64,000 nucleotides of DNA from Kiritimatiellia bacterium (GCA_045536845.1 JAZSOG010000025.1:56889-120888), one strand, 5' to 3'. Shown: positions 9,257 through 19,419, counted from the stretch's first letter. The notes: a model not told the origin generated them from the sequence alone. Made by a program: numbers and translations.

Positions 9257-10903
9257 ATGAAACGCTATTCCGCAAATGTCTGGGAAACGCTGATCGAGGC
9301 GCTTCACGTCTACTGGCAGGTCATCAAGGAAAAATGGCTGGCGCTCCTCGCCGTTATCGTTCCTGTCCAGCTTTTGATGGCTCTCTATTGGTACTCTACC
9401 GCGTCGAGTGGCGCGGAGAATCTCGCCAACGTCAGGTTCGAGAACGTTATCGGCGCTGTGCTTGGCCTTACAATCGGCCTTGCCGCAGTTGCGATTGCCA
9501 TCGACAGTGCGTTCTTTAAGTGTGCCGGCCAGCGTCGCCCGGCAGGCGACAGAATCGTCGAGGCCTGGGGACGCATGATGGCGACTGAGTTGTTGCGCTG
9601 GATTGCCGAGACCGCGCTCGGCTTCTTGGTGCTCATTGCGCTTGTCATCGTGGTAATGGGTGCATCTTCTGCGCCGCTTACACATGTTGGCGGCTCGGCG
9701 TCGGCGTTTTCAGTCATTATCGCGTGCATCATATTGGCTCCATTGGTCGTTGCCCTGGTCTGGATTCTGATGCGCTGGGGCTTCGCCATCGTCCTAAGCG
9801 CCATCCATCCGATTATGGGTTCGACGGCAATGGGCGAGTCGTGGCGCTTCGTGCGCGGCAGGTTTGCAAGCTGCTTCTTCCTGGTTGTCGCCGCCTGGCT
9901 CGTCATGTCGGGAATCTCTGCCATCCCCGACTTGCTTGCAGCATGGTATGCACGGGGGAAGATGATCGGCATGGCCCCTCCGTCCGGCTCCATCTTTGCG
10001 CGCGCGGTCGTGCTGTTCATCGGTGGAATGTTCACAAGTTTCGCCAGCTTCTTCTTTGCGGTTGCCATGACGATTTTCTGGGTTCGCACGGTCGAGCCGT
10101 GTGATTTGCCCGAGAGCGTCCGCCGTGGTCCCGCGCGTTTGCTGATCGTAGTGCTGCTTGCGCTGGGCGTCATCCACTATGCGATCGCCGGCTGCTTCGG
10201 CGCCAAGGCGGCGCTTCGAGCAAAAGAAGAGAGGGATCAGCAAAGAGCGGTCGAGCGCGCGTCGATGCTTAAGGCGCTCGCAGAGCTGCAGAAGAAGTCG
10301 ATTGAAACGAATTTCGTGCGGTCCGCCGTCCATGCGCTTCCAGACACCTATAAAGAGGAACATATGAGAATGGAGAACGGCGAGCTAGTCGTTGATTCAC
10401 CATTCGATCTGTGCATTGGCTCGTCGGAAGCCGCCAAGTTGCTCGGCGCGCAGCTGACCTCTTCCCCCGTGAACAGGACTTACTCTTACGGCACGAATCT
10501 GCAATACCACAGCTTCGCCCGACTTGCTACGCCCTACTTCGGATTTGACAAGATGAGTCTGACTTTCATGGGTGAGGAGAAAGCTCTTTTTGCCATCAAT
10601 CTCTTCCAGGATGACGACAAGCTTTCGCTCGACGACTGCCGCAAGACGGTGCGCGATATTGCAGCCGACATTGAACAGCGCTTTGGCGTCAAGATGGACG
10701 GCGCCTTAGGAGACATGAGAGATGAAGTTGCGCTCAAGCTAGGCGACGACAATAAAAGGGTAACCTCCAGCCAATTCATGCGTCGCGAGACGAAGATGGA
10801 CAACGGCGGGAAGATTGCCCGATATTGCGTCAGAGGCATGATAGAAACCAAAAACAAGCAACCCAACATCGAGTTCGAGATTGCGAAAGAGAATGAGCGA
10901 TGA
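9257..10903 (+). CDS. Multi-pass membrane protein with C-terminal soluble domain
   Basis: About 7 hydrophobic segments then a hydrophilic domain; overlaps next gene (ATGA). Confidence 0.7.
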   Translation: MKRYSANVWETLIEALHVYWQVIKEKWLALLAVIVPVQLLMALYWYSTASSGAENLANVRFENVIGAVLGLTIGLAAVAIAIDSAFFKCAGQRRPAGDRIVEAWGRMMATELLRWIAETALGFLVLIALVIVVMGASSAPLTHVGGSASAFSVIIACIILAPLVVALVWILMRWGFAIVLSAIHPIMGSTAMGESWRFVRGRFASCFFLVVAAWLVMSGISAIPDLLAAWYARGKMIGMAPPSGSIFARAVVLFIGGMFTSFASFFFAVAMTIFWVRTVEPCDLPESVRRGPARLLIVVLLALGVIHYAIAGCFGAKAALRAKEERDQQRAVERASMLKALAELQKKSIETNFVRSAVHALPDTYKEEHMRMENGELVVDSPFDLCIGSSEAAKLLGAQLTSSPVNRTYSYGTNLQYHSFARLATPYFGFDKMSLTFMGEEKALFAINLFQDDDKLSLDDCRKTVRDIAADIEQRFGVKMDGALGDMRDEVALKLGDDNKRVTSSQFMRRETKMDNGGKIARYCVRGMIETKNKQPNIEFEIAKENER

Positions 10904-11526
10904 GCGAATTGGACGAGCTGAGGAATGAAGTCGATGCGGCGGACGACGCGATTCTTGCCGCGCTTATGCGGCGCTTTGCTATCACCGACCGCATCCGCGA
11001 GCTGAAAGACCGCGAGGGCGTTCCGCGCGCCGACAAGGAACGCGAGCGCGAGATACTCGCGCGCGTCGCGGCGTCTGTGCCGCCGGAAAGGCGCGATACG
11101 GTCTGCGCCATCTGGGAGCGTCTCTTCGCCGGCGCGCGCGGCGAAATCGAGACAATCGCCCGCGGCGTTTGCGTGAAGGACGGGAAAGTTCTTCTCTGCC
11201 GCGGAAAGGGCGCGGCCTCTACCTATCTCCCAGGCGGACACATCGAGTTCGGCGAGACTGGCGCGGAGGCGCTTGTTCGCGAAATGAGGGAAGAGACGGG
11301 GCTCGAATCGACGGCGGGGAAGTTGCTCGGCGTCGTCGAAAATTCTTTTCTCCAGCACGGCGAAAAACACTGCGAGATAAATCTCGTCTACGAGCTCTCG
11401 ATCGCGAACGGCGATGTCGCGGCGCAAGAAGACTGGATCGGGTTCGAATGGTGCCCGCTCTCCAACCTTGACGCAGCCAACCTGCTGCCGGTCGACATTC
11501 GCCGCCTGATTCCGGAGAACGGCTGA
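10900..11526 (+). CDS. Chorismate mutase (AroQ-type)-NUDIX hydrolase fusion
   Basis: LDELRNEVDAADDAILAALMRR...RE CM_2 pattern plus Nudix box GGHIEFGETGAEALVREMREETG. Confidence 0.8.
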   Translation: MSELDELRNEVDAADDAILAALMRRFAITDRIRELKDREGVPRADKEREREILARVAASVPPERRDTVCAIWERLFAGARGEIETIARGVCVKDGKVLLCRGKGAASTYLPGGHIEFGETGAEALVREMREETGLESTAGKLLGVVENSFLQHGEKHCEINLVYELSIANGDVAAQEDWIGFEWCPLSNLDAANLLPVDIRRLIPENG

Positions 11527-12353
11527 TGGGCTGGGTAGGAGGAACAATCGGCTTTTTGGTGGGCTCCCGATTCGGTGCGCTCTCCGCCATTCTCGGCGCG
11601 GTAATCGGAAACAAGATCGGCAACTTCTTCGGCGAAGGAGCCAGAAACATCGCTGGCGGAGGCGCGAGGACGCAAAGGTCGTATGGCAATGCGAGGGGCC
11701 GCGCCTCGTCTCGCGCCGGTTCTTCGCGTGAGCGCGAGATCGTCTTCCTCACTGCCGTCGGCGCGATGCTGGCGAAGCTCGCCAAGGCAGACGGACATGT
11801 GGACGAGTCGGAGATCGCGGCCGCGGAGCAGGCCTTCGAGCGTCTTGGCCTCACCCCCGGCAATCGCGAGATCTGCATACGCGCGTTCCGCGCGGCGAAG
11901 ACCGACTACCACACGATCTTCGACTACGCCGAGTCGTTTGCCGCCGTCGTGCGCGGCGTCGTAATGCGCGAGCTGATGTACGACATTCTCTGGGATGTCG
12001 CCTGTGCCGACGGCGAAGTGTCCGCAGGCGAGCGCCGCATCCTCGAGATGATCGTCACGCAGCTGCGCATACGTCCGTCCCTCTTCGCCGAGCAGTGCCG
12101 TCGTCGTCTGAACTCGCGCCAGTCTTCGCGCCGGAGCTATTCGTACGAGCCGTCGCCATACGAAATCCTCGGCTGCGACTCGAGCGCGTCCGATGACGAG
12201 CTGTGCCGCGCCTATCGCGCGCAGGCGAAGAAGCACCATCCCGACCTCCTTCGCGCCCAGGGTCTCCCCGAAGAGATGGTCTCTCGCGCGACCGAGCAGA
12301 TGGCTCGCATCAACAACGCCTGGGAAGAGATCAAGCGCGCCCGCGGCATTTGA
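11526..12353 (+). CDS. djlA: DnaJ-like co-chaperone DjlA
   Basis: N-terminal Gly-rich TM, TerB-like AKADG/ACADG, C-terminal J domain with HPD. Confidence 0.85.
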   Translation: MGWVGGTIGFLVGSRFGALSAILGAVIGNKIGNFFGEGARNIAGGGARTQRSYGNARGRASSRAGSSREREIVFLTAVGAMLAKLAKADGHVDESEIAAAEQAFERLGLTPGNREICIRAFRAAKTDYHTIFDYAESFAAVVRGVVMRELMYDILWDVACADGEVSAGERRILEMIVTQLRIRPSLFAEQCRRRLNSRQSSRRSYSYEPSPYEILGCDSSASDDELCRAYRAQAKKHHPDLLRAQGLPEEMVSRATEQMARINNAWEEIKRARGI

Positions 12354-12356
12354 TAT

Positions 12357-13247
12357 ATGAAGTCTACGTCTTCAGAGAACAATACGGTTCACGAGGTCCG
12401 GCGCGTCACATACGCTGGAATGGCCGTCAACATCGCGATTGCGGTGCTGAAGGGCTGCGTCGGTATCGTGTTCTCTTCGCAGGCGCTGTTTGCCGACGCG
12501 GTGCATTCTCTCTCCGATCTCGTGACTGACTTCGCTGTAGTCCTTGGTGTGCGCTACTGGTCGGCTCCAGCCGACGAAGAGCATCCCTACGGACACGGCA
12601 AGATCGAGGCGCTGGTGACGCTCTTCATTGCGATTGCGCTTGTCGTCGTCGCCTATGGACTTGGCGCACACGCCGTTCGTTCGCTCGTGGCAGGCGAGTC
12701 GTCTGTTCCTGGGCTTCCCGCGCTTTTCGTCGCGCTAATATCGATCGGCTCGAAGGAGTGGCTGTTCCGCTGGACGCGCCGCGTCGCGCGCAAGGTCGCC
12801 TCTCCTGCGCTCGAGGCCAACGCATGGCATCATAGGTCTGACGCCATCAGCTCGATCCCCGTCGCCATCGCGATAGTCGTCGCGCATGTCTGGCCGGCGC
12901 TTGCGTGGGTGGACGCGGTGGGCGCGGTTCTTGTCGCGCTCTTCATTCTCCATGTCGCGTGGGAGATTGCGTATCCTGCGCTTCAGGAACTCGTGGACGC
13001 GGAAATCGGCGGCAAGTCTGCCGCGGTCGAGGCGCTTGCCCGCAGTGTCGCCGGAGTAGTGGAGGTGCACAAGGTCCGCGTCCGTCGATATGGCGGCGCG
13101 TATGTGGCCGACTTGCATGTGCATGTCGATGCCGGGCTTTCGGTTGCGGAAGGGCATCGCATCGGGCATGATGTCTCCGATGCGCTGCTTGCGTCCGACC
13201 TCGGCATAGTAGATGCCATCGTACATGTTGAACCAGCTGCTGTTTAG
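12357..13247 (+). CDS. Cation diffusion facilitator transporter
   Basis: ADAVHSLSD, HPYGHGKIE, HHRSD, C-terminal VHVEP. Confidence 0.92.
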   Translation: MKSTSSENNTVHEVRRVTYAGMAVNIAIAVLKGCVGIVFSSQALFADAVHSLSDLVTDFAVVLGVRYWSAPADEEHPYGHGKIEALVTLFIAIALVVVAYGLGAHAVRSLVAGESSVPGLPALFVALISIGSKEWLFRWTRRVARKVASPALEANAWHHRSDAISSIPVAIAIVVAHVWPALAWVDAVGAVLVALFILHVAWEIAYPALQELVDAEIGGKSAAVEALARSVAGVVEVHKVRVRRYGGAYVADLHVHVDAGLSVAEGHRIGHDVSDALLASDLGIVDAIVHVEPAAV

Positions 13248-13437
13248 GAGTCAGGGGTCGTAACCGCCCCTTGTGGGTGGGCGCGACCCATAGGGAAGCG
13301 ACCAAGCCGAGCGGAGCGAGTGCCGAGTACGCAGTAGTTGGAGTTTAGAGTTGGAGTTGGAGAGTGGAGGGTTAGGGGTCAGGGGTCAGTAGTCAGGAGT
13401 CAGGGGTCAGTGATTAGTGGCTAGTGGTTAGGGACTA
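13246..13437. repeat. Heptamer (AGGGGTC/AGTAGTC/AGGAGTC) and hexamer (GAGTTG) tandem tract
   Basis: Directly visible between convergent CDF and hisF genes. Confidence 0.9.
13260..13325 (+). mobile_element. Short (66 bp) multi-hairpin element GTAACC...GTGCCG
   Basis: Same ends as copies at 24475, 36417 and 63075; removing it restores heptamer phase AGGGGTC|AGTACGC. Confidence 0.75.
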
Positions 13438-14196
13438 GCGGACGGGGAGGCCGCGGGAGGCGAGGAACGCCTTTAGTTCCGGGATGCCGATCGCGTGGAA
13501 GTGAAACACAGATGCCGCGAGAAGGACATCGGCGCCAGCCTCGGCCGCCTCGGCAAAGTGCTCCATCGTGCCCGCGCCGCCAGACGCGACCACTGAAGCG
13601 TCCGTGATCTCGCGGATCTTCCTGATGAGCGGGAGGTCGTAGCCCGTGCGAACGCCGTCCGTGGACTTGGAAGTCGGCAGGATGCAGGCGACGCCGTAGT
13701 CGTTTACCTGCTTCGCCCACTCTATGGCGTCCTTGCCAGTCGCGGTGCGTCCACCGTCGATGAACACTTCGTAGCCGGACGGCATCGCGGCGTTCTGCGC
13801 CACGTCAATCGCGACAGTCACCTTGTCGGCGCCGAGTTCCTTGACCATTTCGCCGATCATCTCAGGACGGCGGAATACTGCGGACGAAGTGGAAACCTTG
13901 TTCGCGCCAGCCTTGAGAACTTCCTCGGCGGCTGCGACTGACGAAATGCCACCGCCCATCGTGAATGGAACCGTAACGGCGTCCGCGACCTTGCGGACCA
14001 CTTCGAGCATAGTCTTGCGGCCTTCTACGGTCGCCGTGATGTCGAGCATCGCGAGCTCGTCCGCCCCGGCCGCGCAGTACGCCTTGCAGCACTCGACGGG
14101 ATCGCCGGCATCCTTGATGTTCACGAAATTCACGCCCTTAACCACGCGTCCATTGATCATGTCGAGGCACGGCATAATCGTAAGCTTCCTGTTCAT
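13435..14196 (-). CDS. hisF: Imidazole glycerol phosphate synthase cyclase subunit
   Basis: IMPCLD...RVVKGVNF, GADELAMLDITA, ASGGAG, LAASVFH. Confidence 0.95.
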   Translation of the reverse strand: MNRKLTIMPCLDMINGRVVKGVNFVNIKDAGDPVECCKAYCAAGADELAMLDITATVEGRKTMLEVVRKVADAVTVPFTMGGGISSVAAAEEVLKAGANKVSTSSAVFRRPEMIGEMVKELGADKVTVAIDVAQNAAMPSGYEVFIDGGRTATGKDAIEWAKQVNDYGVACILPTSKSTDGVRTGYDLPLIRKIREITDASVVASGGAGTMEHFAEAAEAGADVLLAASVFHFHAIGIPELKAFLASRGLPVR

Positions 14197-14289
14197 CTTC
14201 GAGTGCTCCTTTTTCGGTTTTGTTTCTTTCGCCGGCTTTCCGTCCGACCGAGTTAAATTATATCATAAAGAACCGCCCTTGGCGGAAAT

Positions 14290-14380
14290 CTCCAATTCCA
14301 CTCTCCAACTCCAACTCTAAACTCCAACTACTGACTCCTGACCCCTGACCCCTGACTACTCGGCACTCGCTTCGCTCGGC
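14290..14380 (-). repeat. Heptamer/hexamer tract plus right end of the multi-hairpin element (minus strand)
   Basis: Reverse complement reads GCCGAGCGAAGCGAGTGCCG|AGTAGTCAGGGGTC...GAGTTGGAGTTGGAGAGTGG. Confidence 0.8.
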
Positions 14381-14607
14381 CTAAGGCCTCGGTGGATATT
14401 CCATCTTGGCGGCTCGCGAAGGTGGCGAGACGATAAAAGCCAATAAAATCGCTACTTCCGTGGGGTCTGTCCCCAGGATTTTTTATCGCCGCGCAACCGC
14501 GTGGCGTTTTGAATCGGCGGGCATGTTGCTGCAAATCTCAACTGTCACTTGCAATTTGTAGTTTACTTGTGGTATAATTCCTCCTGTCGCAAGGTGAAAG
14601 GAGAATT

Positions 14608-15774
14608 ATGATAGCAAGAGAGATTGCGCCTGTTGTCATGAAGAGGGCGAGCGAGTTTCCCGTGCTGACCCTTATTGGGCCGCGTCAATCGGGCAAGACC
14701 ACCCTTGTCCGCGATTGCTTTCCCGACTACGACTATGTCAATCTGGAAGATCCCGAGACGCGCGATCTCGCCAATGATGACTACAGGCGATTCCTGGCGC
14801 TACATCCTGCGCCTGTGATAATCGACGAGATTCAAAGGGTGCCGAAGCTTGCATCGGCCATACAGACGCTTGTGGACGCCAATCGCGGGAAGTGCGGCCA
14901 GTTCATTCTGACGGGTTCGCATCAGCCTCGACTCAAGGAGACGGTTACGCAGTCGCTCGCCGGGAGAAGTGCTTTCCTGAAGCTGCTGCCGCTGACATTT
15001 TCGGAACTTAAGTCGGCCAAGCGCTCGCCTGACCTTTCCCAGGATGCGCTTATGCTTCGAGGGACGATGCCCGAACTTGTATCGTCTAAAGTGGATGCGA
15101 ACATCTACTACAAGAACTATCTGCAGACATACCTTGAGCGCGATGTGCGTCTGATAGCCAACATACGTAACACGTCGGCGTTTAGACGGTTCCTCGTCCT
15201 GCTTGCAGGGCGCGCCGGCCAGCTGCTGAATCTCGACAGCCTTTCCGGGGACGTGGGCGTAAGCCATACGACGCTCGCCGAGTGGCTTGATGTCCTGGAG
15301 GCGTCCTTCATTGTGTTCAGGCTGGAGCCATACCACGCGAACATCAGAAAGCGGCTCGTCAAGACGCCCAAGCTGTATTTCACTGAGACGGCCCTTGCGG
15401 CATGCCTGCTTGGCATCAAGACCAGGGAGCAGATGGCGCACGACCCGCTTAGAGGGCATCTATTCGAGAACATGGTCGTCAGCGACCTTGTGAAGCGGTG
15501 CCTTAACGCCGACTCAGAGGGCGATCTGTTCTTCTTTAGGACGTCAGACGGGACAGAGGTCGATGTGCTCAGGAGGACTCAAGACGGATTTCAGCCTATT
15601 GAGATAAAGGCGTCGATGACGTGGTCGGACAGCTTGGCGGAAGGGATCGGAAGCTATTCCAAGCTGATGCCCAACCCAATTGCCCCGACTGTGATTTACG
15701 GGGGGCGGTCATATCCTAGTCGAGATGGGGCAGTTAGCTCGGTCAATTACCTTGATTTTCGCTATTCGCATTGA
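14608..15774 (+). CDS. AAA+ ATPase with DUF4143-type C-terminus
   Basis: GPRQSGKT, IIDEIQ, LTGS, KTPKLY, FENMV, EVD...IEIK. Confidence 0.9.
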   Translation: MIAREIAPVVMKRASEFPVLTLIGPRQSGKTTLVRDCFPDYDYVNLEDPETRDLANDDYRRFLALHPAPVIIDEIQRVPKLASAIQTLVDANRGKCGQFILTGSHQPRLKETVTQSLAGRSAFLKLLPLTFSELKSAKRSPDLSQDALMLRGTMPELVSSKVDANIYYKNYLQTYLERDVRLIANIRNTSAFRRFLVLLAGRAGQLLNLDSLSGDVGVSHTTLAEWLDVLEASFIVFRLEPYHANIRKRLVKTPKLYFTETALAACLLGIKTREQMAHDPLRGHLFENMVVSDLVKRCLNADSEGDLFFFRTSDGTEVDVLRRTQDGFQPIEIKASMTWSDSLAEGIGSYSKLMPNPIAPTVIYGGRSYPSRDGAVSSVNYLDFRYSH

Positions 15775-15818
15775 TCCTGCTACCCCGCGCACCTGCGCGC
15801 CGAAAATACATTCCCATT

Positions 15819-15850
15819 TCTACACGTTCTACACGCTCTACACGGCTAAA
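15819..15850. repeat. Triple 9-mer repeat (TCTACACG-n)
   Basis: ttctacacg ttctacacg ctctacacg gctaaa. Confidence 0.8.
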
Positions 15851-16060
15851 TCTTAAACACTGATTGCTTTCGCTACGGGGAGTTTTGGAGCTTGGGAGGA
15901 TGAAGGAGGTGTGCTCTCGGCCTTAATGTGTTTTAGCCGCAACCTCCTTCGCCGAGGCTATGGTGGTCAAGAAGAACGCAAAGGGCGCAAAGAAATTGAA
16001 AACCAGCGACTACTGACGCCCATAATCTTTCCCGAAAAGCCGTTGCTTTTGGTATAATAT

Positions 16061-16137
16061 TCACTGTCAGAACGGGAACGCATCTGACCTCATAGCTCCC
16101 GACGAGAACCGCCGCGGAGAGGCCGGCAGGATAGTGA
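16061..16137 (+). ncRNA. Candidate structured RNA, copy A
   Basis: Starts just after TGGTATAAT; close copy at 16753; GTCAG/CTGAC stem becomes GTCAG/CTGGC (wobble-compatible) in copy B. Confidence 0.45.
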
Positions 16138-16331
16138 TTCTCATGTCAAAGCAAGACTTTAGAGATTTCGTATTCTCTACAAATACGGACGGAAGCGGCA
16201 AGGCCGCAAATAAGGGAAGTGAAATACCGCAAAAGTCGGAATCAAAATACCACAAATATCAGAAACGCACTCTTGACTTCTGGGGGATAAAAGTAGTATA
16301 ATATGCGCAATTCACAAGAGAAATTGCGACT

Positions 16332-16682
16332 TTCGGGTTCATTTTCGAAACGCTGGGCATACGGGACTTGCGGGCTTATACATCGGCGATGGGCGGAAGC
16401 CTATCGTATTACCGCGACAGATACGGACTTGAGTCCGACTGTGTTTTGCATCTCCCAGATGGACGCTTTGCCTTGATTGAATTCAAGTTGGGGAACAGTC
16501 AGATCGAAGAGGGCGCAAGCCATCTTCTCCAGATTCGCAATCTTGTGCGCGAGGCGAACGCGAAAAACGACGGTGTTCGCATAGATGAGCCGACTTTGAT
16601 GATGGTGGTCACGGGCGGCGAACTTGCCTACACACGCAAAGACGGAGTTCATGTCGTGCCGATCGGATGTCTTAAGCCGTGA
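16332..16682 (+). pseudogene. 3' fragment of a DUF4143 AAA+ ATPase
   Basis: FGFIFETLGIRDLRAY...YYRD...ESDCV...IEFK; no ATPase domain; sits right behind a TTGACT-N18-TATAAT promoter, suggesting an internal deletion. Confidence 0.75.
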
Positions 16683-16752
16683 CGTTGCCTTTGCCGCACT
16701 TGTGCGATTGGCGAAAAGGCGCCCTCAGTAAGTGCTGTTTTTGATATAATAC

Positions 16753-17006
16753 TCACTGTCAGAACGGGAACGTTACTGGCCTCATAGCTCCTCGACGAGA
16801 CCCGCCGCGGAGAGGCCGGCAGGATCGGCCATCGGTTGCAAGTCTAGCATCGGGAAATTACGACACTCTTGGATGGCTGTTTTATGATTTGCAAGGTGTT
16901 ACCAATTTGTGGTGTCGCCTTGTCGCATATTCAGCCAGGCCGTCGTAAGCCTCCCGAGCATGTGTTCAAGGCGCGCCACTCTAACAAAATAGAGAGGCGC
17001 GCTTTT
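16753..17006 (+). ncRNA. Candidate structured RNA/leader, copy B, ending in an intrinsic terminator
   Basis: TGATATAAT at 16742; 73 nt repeat unit; long hairpin ~16851-16956; terminator GCGCGCC..GGCGCGC-TTTT at 16971-17006. Confidence 0.5.
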
Positions 17007-17037
17007 CTGTTTAAGACTACTGATGCGAGGACTAAGA

Positions 17038-19419
17038 ATGAGCGAGGCAGAGGTTTACGCATGCAAGAGATCTGTTGTTGATTTCGTAGATGCTAAAAGT
17101 TCTGACATCCTTGGTGAGGTCGTAGCTGGGTCAGGTAATTTTTGCATATTGCAAACCCAACGGGAAGCCTGGCAGCGGGAAATAGATTTGCTCCAAGGAA
17201 TTTTGAAAGATGAGAGATTTAAAAAGGCAACTAATCGAATCTACTTTGAATTTAACTTAATGCGTTTTGCCAAACGTGTTGATGTGGTTCTGATTCTTGA
17301 TGGCGTCTTGATCTGTTTGGAATTCAAGACTGATCAGATTGGCGGGGCGGGGAAGTCATATTTGGCGCAGGACAAGGCTCAGGCATTGGCGTATGCCGAT
17401 GAGTTCTCCCAATTTCACAGCACTAGTAGCAAATGTCCCATTGTGCCCATGTTGGTCGTGCCAGGTGCGCCTGACATGATGTGTGAGGTTGTTTTGAACA
17501 ACGCAAACATTTATGGACTTCTATGCGTTAATGAAAATACTTTGTCGGCAGCACTCAAAGCCGTGCTTGATAAAAAAGATAAAGATAATTGGGGTGATCT
17601 CATAAGTGATTCAGACAAGTGGGAAACAGGAGAGTACAATACGGTTCCGACGATAGTCGAGGCGGCAGGGCGTCTTTTTGAGAATCAGAATGTTGAAGCA
17701 ATCACTCGCTCTGGGACGGACGTTACGAAAACAATCCGTACGATAGAAAACATAATACGTGTTGCGGAGGAGAAAAAGAAGTGCGTGCTTTGCTTGGTGA
17801 CAGGAGAGCCAGGGGCAGGCAAGACGCTTATTGGGCTTCAGATTGCATCGTCGCACATGAAGAAGAAGTTGTTGCCAAATGAAGAATCGGGTGGGGACGA
17901 TCTCATTCGTAAAGTGATGCTCTCTGGGAATTATCCACTGGTGAAGGTGCTTAAGGAGTCGCTTGTCAGAAATATTTACGGGCGGCTTAAGGCATGCAAG
18001 GATCTGATGAATAACGAAGGTGGTTCTTTGACCGATGAGCAGAAGCGTTTTATCTTGTCGTGCGGATTCCAAGTTCAACCGACTGGGAAAAAGAAAAAGA
18101 TCAAGGGTTCGAAAATCTCTGTTGAAATGCAAGAGCTTTGGACGATTTCGAAGTTCACGGACAAGGGGAAGACAGAAGTTAAGAAAGCACAGGATAGTCT
18201 TGAATGTCGGAAGTTCTCAAGAACATTCGTTGAGGCGACTGTTTCTTCGATGATCCAAATGGTTTCGCATTTTCGACGTGGATGGGAGTTGTCCGAGAAC
18301 CCTCCAGTGGAAAATGTCTTTGTTTTTGACGAGGCTCAGCGCGCTTGGAGCTTTAACCAAGTGAAAAGGAAAGATAAGAATACCCACCCTGACCAGATTC
18401 GCAGGAAGTGGTCTGAACCGCGTACATTGTTAGAATATTTGAATAGACATAGTGCGACGGACGGGTGGTGTGTGGCTATTGCGCTTGTAGGCCACGGACA
18501 GGACATACATGAAGGTGAGGCTGGAATAGGAGAGTGGTACAAGGCACTGGAGGATAGCGAGAATCTCAAAGATTGGGTTGTGTGTTGTTCTGATGGTCAG
18601 GGATTGATAGATAAAGGTGTGACACAGGAGATCAATCCTGATTACGGTGAGGATATTGATTACAGCATGCTTCACCTCAAGGATATGCAGCGTAGTTTTA
18701 AGGCAAAGGAAGTCGGCCCATTTGTCAATGCATTGCTTAAGGGGAGGGAGGGGCTTGAAGAAGCGAAGCGTTTAATTGAAGAAATCAACAAGACATTCCC
18801 GTTGTACATTACGCAGGACGTAGACCTTGCTAAGCAATGGATTGTAGAAAAGTCCGATAATGGCAGACGTAGATGTGGCTCTGTAATGTCGTCTCGAGCT
18901 GTTCGCTTGCGGGCATATGGGTTTCAGACTCTTGCCCAGGGTTTTGATGAGGCTACATGGTTCCTTGAGCCGTCGGACAATATCAACTCATCAAATACAC
19001 TTGAGATTTCAGCTACTGAATTCAAAATTCAAGGACTCGAGTTGGATTACGTCTTAGTGGGATGGGATGGTGATCTATTCTATAATTCTGAGAAGGGCGT
19101 TTTTGAAGCTAGGCATTTCTCGTTAAAAGCTAATGCCTGGAAAGAAGTGAAGTGTCTAAGTAAGGACGACGAAGTCGGCAAGGCAGATGGAGAATCAGAT
19201 GATGCTGACGTTGATCCGAAAGACAAGGACAGACATCTAAGAAATGCATATCGAGTATTACTTACACGCGCACGGCAGGGAATGGTCATCTTTGTACCAA
19301 AGGGCAAACCAGATGATAGCGATCAAACAAATCTATCGCACGTGAATTATGATGATACATATAGTTTTCTGCATGATATGGTTGGCATAAAGGAATTTGA
19401 GGGTAAAAAGGATAGATGA
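17038..19419 (+). CDS. DUF2075/Schlafen-group-3-like SF1 helicase with N-terminal PD-(D/E)xK nuclease
   Basis: RVDVV...LEFK; GEPGAGKT; DEAQRAW; QGLELDY; NAYRVLLTRARQG; Lys-rich insertion. Confidence 0.85.
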   Translation: MSEAEVYACKRSVVDFVDAKSSDILGEVVAGSGNFCILQTQREAWQREIDLLQGILKDERFKKATNRIYFEFNLMRFAKRVDVVLILDGVLICLEFKTDQIGGAGKSYLAQDKAQALAYADEFSQFHSTSSKCPIVPMLVVPGAPDMMCEVVLNNANIYGLLCVNENTLSAALKAVLDKKDKDNWGDLISDSDKWETGEYNTVPTIVEAAGRLFENQNVEAITRSGTDVTKTIRTIENIIRVAEEKKKCVLCLVTGEPGAGKTLIGLQIASSHMKKKLLPNEESGGDDLIRKVMLSGNYPLVKVLKESLVRNIYGRLKACKDLMNNEGGSLTDEQKRFILSCGFQVQPTGKKKKIKGSKISVEMQELWTISKFTDKGKTEVKKAQDSLECRKFSRTFVEATVSSMIQMVSHFRRGWELSENPPVENVFVFDEAQRAWSFNQVKRKDKNTHPDQIRRKWSEPRTLLEYLNRHSATDGWCVAIALVGHGQDIHEGEAGIGEWYKALEDSENLKDWVVCCSDGQGLIDKGVTQEINPDYGEDIDYSMLHLKDMQRSFKAKEVGPFVNALLKGREGLEEAKRLIEEINKTFPLYITQDVDLAKQWIVEKSDNGRRRCGSVMSSRAVRLRAYGFQTLAQGFDEATWFLEPSDNINSSNTLEISATEFKIQGLELDYVLVGWDGDLFYNSEKGVFEARHFSLKANAWKEVKCLSKDDEVGKADGESDDADVDPKDKDRHLRNAYRVLLTRARQGMVIFVPKGKPDDSDQTNLSHVNYDDTYSFLHDMVGIKEFEGKKDR

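Noticed and set aside
16753-16840. HDV-like or hammerhead ribozyme (CTCCTCG, GGCCGGC)
   Set aside because: Could not build the nested double pseudoknot or find CUGAnGA/GAAA cores by eye; kept only as an unassigned RNA candidate.
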